Source: Catajapyx aquilonaris (lineage: Eukaryota). From it: a stretch of DNA of 20,000 bases. The notes under the pieces were generated by a model that did not search any database, was not told the origin of the DNA, and worked only from the letters and a program-made list of their open reading frames with translations. The position numbers were made by a program, and so were the translations under genes. Shown here piece by piece: positions 11,110-20,000 of this stretch. Position 1 is the first letter of the stretch; each line of letters begins with the position of its first letter. The stretch covers positions 44,813-64,812 of the forward strand of contig KZ538523.1 of NCBI GenBank assembly GCA_000934665.2, in the 5' to 3' direction.

Positions 11110-11271
11110 CAGTAGAACCAGCCCATATAGCTCTTGCCCATACGCGTTGGGGGCTGAGAATCCAACACTGGCCCCACCAGCAGCAAACCCGTGCTTCGCG
11201 AGGGTCTTCCAGGGTCTTCCACTTCTATTGCAGAAGGAAATGGTGTTGGTCGTGCAGTACTTCCTGCAGTA

Positions 11272-11664
11272 CAGGTAGTACCCGTTTTACGCCGTAAATT
11301 GGTTCCAGCAAAATGCGGCGGCAAGTGAAACGGAGTAAATTGAGACATTATTATAATGCAGAAGTAAATGAGATAGGTTCCAAAAATTTCCCTCAGACAG
11401 TACTTAATTTTAACAATGCGGTACTGTATTTATCAATAGACCCTGCCACAAGGCACCACGAAAAACAAAAAAGAGCCTTTATGGTCGTGTGTTTGGACCC
11501 TAGTGTTGCAGTGATGTGTTTATGATCAAATTGTATTGTTAACGTCTAATTTTTAACTAATTCAAATTCAAATTATTCATCTAAAACTTTTGAACACGTC
11601 ATTTTCACACCTGGGTTAATATGAAACGGCGTAAAATGGAGTGGCGTAAAACAGGTACTTACTG
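11272..11664. mobile_element. Tc1/mariner-pogo (Tigger-like) MITE, 393 bp
   Basis: TA target duplication. 22-bp TIR CAGGTAGTACCCGTTTTACGCC / CAGTAAGTACCTGTTTTACGCC with 3 mismatches. Subterminal GGCGTAAAA repeats. Confidence 0.85.
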
Positions 11665-12340
11665 TACTAAATTGGTAGGTCATTATCACAACTAAAGGTG
11701 TAGGGCGAGGGACAAGCTGTTTATAGTTTTATTTGCACAAGTTTTAATTTAGTTCCTATGTTGGGTTAGCTTGCTTCTCCCTGCATCGCTGACTACCCCT
11801 TATAGGGAAATGTCGTGATGGTGATGGTGGTGATGATGATCACAACCAATCTATCTTCGAAATTATCGAAAAATTAGTTAGCAACGGAATTGGATAGTCC
11901 AGGCTAAATACCATCGTTCAACATAAGTGCAATTTTAATTGTCCGCCTATTTATCATCTTTAAAGCATTCAAAATAAATGTGAAATTTGTATAGACGAGC
12001 AAAATCACCCACTTTAGTAACTACTCAAAACCAGTTGATTGAAAGATAAATTAGGTATATGGAAATAAACCAATGTAATGAAGACAACTTTGGATGACAA
12101 ATTATCGCTTTTCATTGCTGTCATAGGGCTAGTCCAGACGGGACCAGTTTGCCGGGGCCAGGCCCCTCACTAGCCCTGGCCCCGGCTCCAGCCCCGGCAG
12201 GTTGAAGCCCTGGCGGGTACACACGAGAGAGCCAAGGCCGGCCAAACAAACAAACAAGTAAAGATCAGTATCCGCCATTGGCGCCATATCGCCACCTTAG
12301 CTGACCTTAGAGCATATACGTATACCATATATATACCATA

Positions 12341-12435
12341 TATTATTACTATTATTATTACTATTATTATTACTATTATTACTATTACTATTATTACTAT
12401 TACTATTACTATTACTATTATTATTATTATTATTA
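12341..12435. repeat. Compound (TAT/TAC)n microsatellite
   Basis: Seen directly. The repeat resumes as TTATTATTA at 12742, after the Helitron. Confidence 0.95.
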
Positions 12436-12741
12436 TCTCTATCTCCATAAATAAGGAAGTTTGTCAGTTTAGATGTTTGGATGTTTGTCCCTTATAGAAA
12501 TCCGGGGGAAGGCCCCTACACCGCCTTAAATTAGCATATCGGGGGTTACATTTTTCAAGGAATTTAATGCCGCATGTTTCAGCTTCCGAAAATGAACCTA
12601 ACACCCATAACACGCATATTCCCAATTAACCAATTATCAATTACCTATTTAACAATATTCATAGATTTCCATGGTAATGCCCTCATTACATTGTAGGCCT
12701 ACCACCATAACATACCCGGGCAACGCCGGGTAACCTGCTAG
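12436..12741 (+). mobile_element. Non-autonomous Helitron, 306 bp
   Basis: Starts with TC after a host A and ends with CTAG before a host T, with no TSD. Subterminal hairpin TACCCGG-GCAACG-CCGGGTA (12713-12732). GTTTG-type short repeats near the 5' end. Confidence 0.85.
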
Positions 12742-13997
12742 TTATTATTATAGGTGTTGTACGGACTTTGGTCCATCAGTACCTAACTCAAGCTGCCCTA
12801 AGTTCTGATATCACTCATACGCTCACTTTTTTATTTTCGAATCATTAAATCAACCTCGATAATCGGCCCCGAGTTGGTGAAATATGCAGAGGAAGATTGT
12901 CTTTACGACATATTAAAATTGAGAACATTTTAATGTGGTTATTTGAGTGGTGCAGTTACACAAACTCCACTTACGGAGACAAACAATGACAAAGTGTAGG
13001 ATTTTCTATGTCCTTCCCCGGTCAACCTCTCGGATGGAGATGTACGGCATGAGACGGGGCATGAGTGGAGCTATCATTTGGTATGCATTGCATATTTCTA
13101 GTCCCAATAGGCGCCTCGCAGTGACGGCGCAAAGATAGTCGGAATCGCCATAAGGCGCCACGCTAATTCGTATTCCCGCCTCCCTTTTGCCCTAAGTCAC
13201 GTGATCCCCCCCTCGGAGGTGTTGGCATCACTTTTGAGAGGGAGAGGGAGCGTCTACTGGTATATAATAATTATTAAGCTCTAAGGTCCCAACCTCCCCT
13301 CCTCTCTGCAACCTTGTTGCCCATGCGCTTGGATCAGGGCCTGGTGCCGGGGTTGTTGTCACCCACTTCCCCAAAGTGAAGTCTGTCGGGGCCGCGGCTC
13401 TGTCATCTGAACCCCACTAGCCCCGACCGGCCCTGGATTTGCCGGGGCCTGGCCCCGGCGAACTGGTCCCGTCTGGACGACCCCAATACGACTTTCATTA
13501 CGCGTCACTTATGCGCTATTAAAATTTACACTTTGGAGAGCTTTTAGTATTGACCTGCATTATCAGCCTGGCTTGAACCAAGTATAGGCAATCTTCCTTG
13601 GCAGTTTCACAACCAGGGTATCTTAATATATTTTCAATTTATCATTCTGATTTTGTTAATATATCATGATTTCCATGCTCTGGATATGTGATAGGAGACA
13701 TGGCAGAGCATATAATGAACATGTTCCCTTTCCCCCGGGTCGTTAAAAAAAGTGCAAAACATAAATTCGCCTTTCCTGGAAATTTGGTTCTGAAATAGGT
13801 AGCCTGGTTTTGATACTGGGCTACTTACTTATTGCAGTATGATTTACTGCGATTGGTACTTACAAGCAGGCTCCCCAGGCTCCCCATAAGGATATTTGAT
13901 AATTATCCCTCCGCTTTCAATCACTTCTGCGTATGTTGACTGACACCAAGTTCAACATATTATGTACCCGACACTACACACTGGTTTGCTGATATAA

Positions 13998-14278
13998 TAA
14001 TAATTCATACCCCGTTATCAGCCTATCGGCTCTTTAGGGGGCAAGTTTTTGTTTTGCCTGGAACTCTTTGCTTTCATTTTACTGCGCTTTTTGGGATAGG
14101 ATAGGGACGGGAGGAAGCGGCTGTGGCCTATTAATTACGGAAACAACTCCGGAATTTTCCTGGAAGGACCGTGGGAAACCACAGAAAACCACGGTCAGAG
14201 TTGCCGGCCCCGGGATTTGATCCCAGGACCTCCCGATTAGCAGTCGGACACCATATCCCCTACTCCAAACTGCTTCGG
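13998..14278 (-). mobile_element. tRNA-derived SINE, second family (body resembles Lm1/Talua-type insect SINEs)
   Basis: Minus-strand tRNA-like head with degenerate B box GGGATCAAATCCC. Body GGTTTTCTGTGGTTTCCC...TCCAGGAAAATTCCGG...AGGCCACAGCCGCTTCC and a short TTA tail. 16-bp TSD TGGTTTGCTGATATAA (13982-13997 / 14279-14294). The family resemblance is from memory. Confidence 0.88.
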
Positions 14279-15878
14279 TGGTTTGCTGATATAAATGAAT
14301 ACTTAACATATTTTCAAAATATGTGTATGTAAGACAAAGTTTCTTTGGTTTTTTGTTTGCCCATGGCAATGGGATTTTGTTGGTATGATTACCATGAAAA
14401 CAGGCCGTGCGAAGAATGGGCTCCACTGCTAGTATGTAAATGAATTCGAGTCATTAATTGATAGGTCTATAATATAATAATATTTACGTAGGGATTCCCT
14501 GATATAGGAGTATTATTTCAAGGGTTCTGCAAGAGTAAAAAGGTTGAGAAATGCTGCACTTGAGATTAGTTGGAATTGAAGGCAAAAGGTTTTTGCAATT
14601 CCCAAATGCTTCACCAATTCATGAAATCCGTGGTCAAGCTGCTTATCCAGCATCCCACTGAAACGACTCCCCTGTCACATTTTGGCCTGAGTGGTGTGCA
14701 TCCTGCAAGCATTGGCTCGCCTGTCACTCGTAAAGCTCCAATTTGGTGTTTCATATGGTCATGTCTCCGCCATAAACATAACCTTCTAGTGTTTTTTTTT
14801 ACTGTGTATCTTCCAGCTGCTCTACAAACTTTTTTGCAGCTGGCTGGCCCAAAAATTTAAACTTGAAACTGCATTTTTAAAACATCACATAACCTTCAAA
14901 GAGCAGGTCACTGAAACTGCATAATTTATTCCATACTCCAAACAGATGTGAATTGCCAAATTCTTGAACCTGGAGGATCACATCCAATTTGATTGGACCA
15001 ATGGACCACTGCTAATTTTTCTCTCATCCCTCCTATGCTCTCTGTGATGCACTCTTGGCAGAAATTTAGGAGAGCCAGTCCTTGCATTCTGAGTCTCTTA
15101 CCACTCTATTCAGTCTATTCCAACAGGCATGGCACCATGGACATAACACAAATCTTATGCATGGACTATGCAGACACAGCTGTAACAATGACTCTATCCA
15201 TGTCTCCTTGCAGAGATTAAATTTTTAACTTACTTATTAGTGCATTAAAAGCATTTATTTCAGAAAATACTATAGCTAATATTATAATCATATTTGACAA
15301 CCAAACTGACTAATTGAGTTATTTGTGCCATGATCACACACGAGCCACAGTTCATCAGAATTCATTAGAGGTGGCACTTTCCATCCAGCTGAGCCATAAC
15401 ATGTCACCTGCTCTTACATCTACGAATCAAACATTAAAAAATCCAAGCATGTCGACAGCATACACGTGACATATACAAAGTCCAATTTGGCAATTTTGAA
15501 TTATTCACACCACAAAGTAGAATTTTAAATGCTCAATCTCCTTATGAAGTCAATTTAATCCTCGATATTCATAATGAGGCTGGAAGCCAGGATTTCCTGT
15601 CTTCACTAGCATGTGAAGAAATGTACTGTCACATTTTGCTTTTGATTTCTGTGTCTCAAAACTTTTTTTTTTTGGACTTATTGGATTTCACTTGCATGCT
15701 GATGATATCTCTCGTGGTCTCATCACCTCTGTGACTCAGGGGTCTTGGAAAGTTACAAATGTAATGAAATAAATTAGTGGTTATAATCACATGTCACATG
15801 ATATGGAATTGACATCAGCTTAACAGTAGATCACATAAGCAGAGCATGAAATATTGTTAATAATCAAACTTTGCTTAC

Positions 15879-15955
15879 CAGTAGATCCTAAGTGGAACTC
15901 CTTTGTTAGGACGTCATTTTCAAAGTAGGGGTTCTCATCAAAGAAGAATTTGATT
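15879..15955 (-). CDS. Set: Set coding exon 3 (IKFFFDENPYFENDVLTKEFHLGST-G), 77 nt
   Basis: Acceptor CTTTGCAG and donor G|GTAAGC. Contains the NAP-family signature FDENPYFEN.VL.KEF. Phases 2/1. Not present in the supplied ORF track. Confidence 0.95.
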
Positions 15956-16984
15956 CTGCAAAGGTGAGAGGCGTATATAAGCTCACTACTGACGAGGTGA
16001 CCAAGTGAATGGCTGTCGTCAGGAAGTCAAACTGGTGTTCATGCACTGCTAATCTATAAATTGCTACATTTGGCATTCAACTAGAAGAAGGTCCAGAATG
16101 TCAACATGCATCGAAATGATATCCAAGAATCAGGCAACTGCTACAAGCATAAATGTTGGAAATGATTATTTCTTTTCTTTTGTGAAGACTGGACTAACCA
16201 TAACAAAGGTGTGTGTGAGTGTGTGTGTGCGCAAGAGAGATGATGGGACATTGTATTACAGTGAGGGGGTCAGATAATATGGTGAATCTCATGCATTCAG
16301 AGCTTAAATACCCTACGTAAGGCATAGGAAATCTTGAATGACTCATAAGTGAACCTCAAGAGTTTGTCTAAAACTCTAAATGTCTGACCCCTACACAGTA
16401 CAGGTTCCCTTCCTGCCGCCTGCTTGACCATGAGTCTGACCTTGGAATATGGCATTTTGTACACTATGTAAGCAATTCCAGTTCAGAAAAACCAAATTGG
16501 CATTGGAAAAATGGTGCAAACTACTCTCTCAACATGAGAATCGTAAGAGCCACATGTCTGTACTTCTAAATTCCTTTGTGCTGGCAAAATTTATCAAATA
16601 ACTTTTGCATTATTCGAATCAAAATAGTTATGATTTTTTAATGGTACCATGAATCAGAGGAAGGCTTGGCAGTCATTGTGGCAGGAATGCACAAAAAATG
16701 CAAGATCATGGTACAACAACTGGTCAAAAGTGAAATGTGTCAAGAATACTCCACTAATTGCAAGTAAGAAAGAAAAACACGAGTAATTATCTAGTTTAGA
16801 TGGGCGCCATTTACAGCGTTTGCGTGGTACTTACTGTACTTAGTAAGTGCATAGGGACCTAGTGCTGACTTTCCTGAGTGGCAGAAAAGCAATTTGAGCG
16901 CAAACAACCGTGTAGAACCGAAGTTACAGATATATTAATATGACGTATACACATTCCATTGCTCCTCGTGGCAGCCGTCTCTTA

Positions 16985-17250
16985 ATACCTAACCTAACCC
17001 AACCTACCTTCCTTCCTTGCGGATATAGCCCTATCTTCGGCGGATACAGACGCTATCCTAAGGGGTATGCGGCCTATCTTCAGAAGATACATGCCTAGGA
17101 GAGTAGCTATGAAAGTATGGGGATTCCGGTTACAAATTTGTAGGCCTATTCCTTGGTCAGCATCAGGGCCTGCCCTAGTTGGGTGCGGGGCATATAGGAA
17201 TATATATAGGAAATGGTTAAATAGGGCAAGAACTAAATGCAGGGCCTATT
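16985..17250. repeat. Degenerate repeat, probable transposon remnant (CCTAA repeats followed by about 21-bp GGATA...CCTATC units)
   Basis: CCTAACCTAACCCAACCTA is followed by 3-4 diverged tandem units and recurrent AGGCCTA motifs. Ends undefined. Confidence 0.35.
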
Positions 17251-17670
17251 CTCAATGAGTGAATTTCTGTACAACACGAATTGCCTATCCAACCATTTTG
17301 TTGGCTGACTTTCTATAATAGCATCCAACTGAGGGGCGTAAGCAGAAAAATTTCGGGTGTGGGCCCACAAGCAGTAGAGGGCGGGGAGCAAGCCCGCCGC
17401 AGCCGAAATTTTTTGTGGGGGTTCAAGGTCACACGAGTAGTTGAATGTGGTAATTTGAATGGGTGTGTATTGATGAAATTGGTAGGACTTTTTCCAAAAA
17501 AATGAATTAGTAGGCTAATGAGTAATTGTGATTTTTGGAAGCACGGGGCCTGGGAGTAATTAGGGAGGGCGACCCCACTGAGGGAGAAGCACGGGTGCCT
17601 CGCTGCACTTATCGAAGACGAAGGCTCGCACATGTTATCAGATAACATAGTTTAGGTTGGGGAGTAAGTA

Positions 17671-18221
17671 CAGTAAAACTTCTTCGAATCTCCATGGGAC
17701 TGAGAAAAAACTTCGAGTTAGAGAAGTTTGAATTTTTAAAGCACAGAACTCTATACCTTTACATCCAGCGACAAAAGGTTGTTCAAAACTTAGGAATAAC
17801 TGTCACTATCACACTTACAATGGTCATCGTCGTTTTCTTGCAAAAAAGCTCTGTTATGAACATTTGCCTACTCTTAGATTCAAGGATTCGATTGTCACAA
17901 TCGAGTCAAACACTTCTTTCGGTACGTCTGGTAGATGGAGATCAGGAAATTAAGCCTTTCTGTGCTTGTGGCCTACTCTCGACCCTTCGGCTGGGAAATG
18001 AGAAAATTTTCCTTACTCGCCAACATGAACTTCGACTTAGGGAGACTGAAAATGCATTGATATCCCATGGTAAGGCCCTGACAGCACTTCGAGTTATAGA
18101 AATTCGGGTTAGGGAAGTTTATTTCACTATTATTTTACATTGTGACCAACCAAGCTCGTCATTTTCTTTGACTTATAGAGAACTTTGACTTAGGGAAGTT
18201 CGACTTATAGAAGTTTTACTG
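17671..18221. mobile_element. pogo/Tigger-like MITE, 551 bp, intron 2
   Basis: TA TSD and perfect 13-bp TIR CAGTAAAACTTCT. Repeated internal motif TTCGA(C/G)TTA(G/T)(A/G)GAAG, typical of transposase binding sites. Confidence 0.87.
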
Positions 18222-18691
18222 TATTTTCATCACAAAAAAATCCCAGGTTGTATTTGCAACATCACTCACAGCATAACATAGCATGCTTGTTGCACATATC
18301 GGGAAAAAATGATTAACATTACTGCCATAGAACTTGTACCTAAGCCTTAACCCATAGTGCAAAGTATTATGCAAAAATATGCATTCTATATAACCTGATC
18401 ATAACGGCTCATGCAAAATATCTTACAATCACTACTTCCCTATTTCTATTATCATTATTATTAAACTTTCTACTGCCTTGCACATCATCTCTCCTGATCC
18501 ATTGTGGTCAGCAGGTTATAATTTCATTATTATGTTGGGTTTCCCAAGCTGTTGTTTAATGTTTAATTCTTTTTTTTGTCTCATTGCATGGAATGGGTGT
18601 CATTTTTAGTTTATGATATGTTGTTGTCGTTAATGATTGGTATTGTTTGACTATTGGCCAGCATGCAAGTGTGGCCTGGATATCCCCATAC

Positions 18692-18804
18692 CTGTATCCC
18701 GACTTGATGTCTTCAAACTCCTCCACCTCCAGTTTGGACAAGTAATGTAAGCATTCCTCCTCCTCCTCATCCAAAATCGCCGAAATTTGTGGATGGTTAA
18801 TGAA
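18692..18804 (-). CDS. Set: Set coding exon 2 ([38 protein letters not shown]), 113 nt
   Basis: Acceptor GCCAG at 18805-18806 and donor AG|GTATGG at 18691. Conserved SET motifs NHPQ and [10 protein letters not shown]. Phases 0/2 fit the neighbouring exons. Confidence 0.95.
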
Positions 18805-19271
18805 CTGGCAACACCGTCAAGGAAAAAAAACCTCCCTTTCAAAAAATCCCTCCCAACCTGCCCCCCTCCATGATTCCCCTCCTGCTCCCCCCTCCGAAAT
18901 GGCAATGAACCAAAAGAGAGAGAGGGGGGGGAGGGAGCGTCACTTCAATCTGGCAACACTGCCTTCTGGAATAGGGAGGCAAACATGGCGCCCTCATGAC
19001 AGTCTTTTGTTTACCACCCCCACCGCCTCATCCCCGCCCCTCTCCCGACACCCGGGCCGCCCCTGGCCCAGACCAACCCCTGGCCAAGCATCAACCCGTG
19101 CCCCCGACCAGCCCGGAACAGGCCCACGGGCAGTACTTCCCTCCCGAGGCCGCTTACAAGCCCCGTTAAATCGAAACAAAGATGGCGGCCCATGCACGCC
19201 GGGGAACTTCATGTCCCCCTGACCTGTCTCGCATCTACACCCGGGGTGTTTTCCCCAAATAAAAAGGATAC
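18805..19271 (-). other. U12-type (minor spliceosome) GT-AG intron, Set intron 1, 467 nt
   Basis: The 5' splice site is GTATCCTTTTT (19271-19261). Branch site TTCCTTGAC (18824-18816) has its A about 13 nt from the 3' end. There is no polypyrimidine tract between the branch site and the AG. Confidence 0.9.
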
Positions 19272-19592
19272 AGCTGTCACCCAGAAGTTGGGTATCCGCT
19301 TGATGATGTCGTTCCTCTTCTCGAAGAAGGGCTTCCTCAGCTTGTTGTACTTCTGCTCCACCTTGAGTATCTCCTCCGAGGCCATCTCGTTCAGGGCGTC
19401 AATCTCGTTCTGGCAGGAGTCGATCTCCTCCAGGGCCTTCTGGGTCTCCGCATCGTAGTCACGGGACTCGTCCGCCGCGGAGTCCACCCCACCCGGAACA
19501 CCGGAGTTGTTGGCCCCAGCGGCGCCGGCCGGACCTAACTCTATCTTGCGCACCTTCTTGGGCGTCGCGCCTCCTCCTGCCGCGCTCGACAT
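19272..19592 (-). CDS. Set: Set coding exon 1 ([16 protein letters not shown]...[35 protein letters not shown]), 107 codons
   Basis: ATG at 19592-19590 in GGAGCCATG context. The translation contains the SET/NAP dimerisation helix ([30 protein letters not shown]) and IPNFW. Ends at the donor GTATCCTTT (phase 0). Confidence 0.95.
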
Positions 19593-20000
19593 GGCTCCTT
19601 TGCCTGGCTTACTGGGCCGGTGACACCTGCTCAGGGCAACACACTCGCAGTCCAAGCCTCTTCTCTCCGATAATAATTATTTCTCCCCCTCTGTCTGTGT
19701 GTGTGTGTGTCACCCGCCGCCCTCCCGCCTCTCTCTCGCTCAGTGCCTGCCTCCTGCCCCCAACTAACTACCAGACTCGCACGCCAGGGGGATCCACCCT
19801 CGTCTCTCTCCGTCTTTTCCCCGGCCGCTTCACAGAGGGCACAACCGCGCAGGGTCACGATCTAGCGGAGCAGCTCTTGGAGACTACTAGTCGTATTAGC
19901 TGAACTTGCGATAACAGTCGGCTAGTGAATCAGTTGCCAAAAGGGAAGTGGCGGGAATCGGCTTCCCCCCCAAATGCATATGACGCCCGAGTGCATCTCG
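19593..20000 (-). promoter_or_regulatory. GC/CpG-rich 5' UTR and proximal promoter region of Set
   Basis: Lies immediately upstream of the ATG, is GC-rich, and has no minus-strand ATG for about 380 nt. Contains GA/CA repeats. The TSS cannot be located from sequence alone. Confidence 0.5.

Larger units (their letters stand above)
12303..13288. mobile_element. Possible second TIR element nested in the Harbinger-like MITE
   Basis: 11-bp inverted repeat GACCTTAGAGC / GCTCTAAGGTC, each followed inward by TATACCA. No convincing TSD. Confidence 0.5.
12126..13484. mobile_element. GC-rich TIR element, probably a PIF/Harbinger-like MITE, with internal insertions
   Basis: About 41-bp TIR GGG(C/G)T(A/C)GTCCAGACGGGACCAGTT(T/C)GCCGGGGCCAGGCCCC. 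The TSD is not clean (ATA / AATA), so the superfamily call is tentative. Confidence 0.75.
10353..14556. mobile_element. hAT (Charlie-like) element expanded to 4.2 kb by nested insertions, intron 3
   Basis: Perfect 14-bp TIR CAGCATTTCTCAAC (10353-10366 / 14543-14556). 8-bp TSD CACTAGAG/CACTTGAG (7/8). No transposase ORF seen. Confidence 0.82.

Noticed and set aside
11027..12448. Poly-Ile/Tyr/Asn/Val ORFs
   Set aside because: These are translations of (TTA)n and (TAT/TAC)n microsatellites.
17694..18188. 164-aa ORF, the longest in the track
   Set aside because: It lies wholly inside a 551-bp MITE and shows no DDE/D or HTH transposase motif or other recognisable domain.
19593..19655. N-terminal extension of Set from the ORF-track start at 19655
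   Set aside because: That codon is TTG and the 21 extra residues are not SET-like. The ATG at 19592 has good context.
1..20000. Prokaryotic systems (CRISPR array, operon, defence island)
   Set aside because: Spliceosomal gene structure, SINEs and MITEs show this is animal DNA. There is no repeat-spacer array.

Overview
Eukaryotic (animal, most likely arthropod/insect) genomic DNA, not prokaryotic. The window holds one apparently complete protein-coding gene on the minus strand: Set (SET/TAF-I/I2PP2A, NAP-family histone chaperone), with 7 coding exons from 19592 down to 7126 (975 nt, 324 aa by my manual splicing) and a probable long 3' UTR down to about 5300. Main points of interest: (1) intron 1 is a clear minor-spliceosome (U12-type, GT-AG) intron; (2) exon 6 has two donors 16 nt apart plus a read-through stop, so the acidic tail can be long or short, and two independent routes give the same short end; (3) about 70% of intron 3 is a 4.2-kb hAT element containing a nested stack of SINEs, MITEs and a Helitron. 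Further MITEs lie in introns 2 and 5. Positions 1-5200 show no supportable gene. Nearly all ORFs in the supplied track are spurious.
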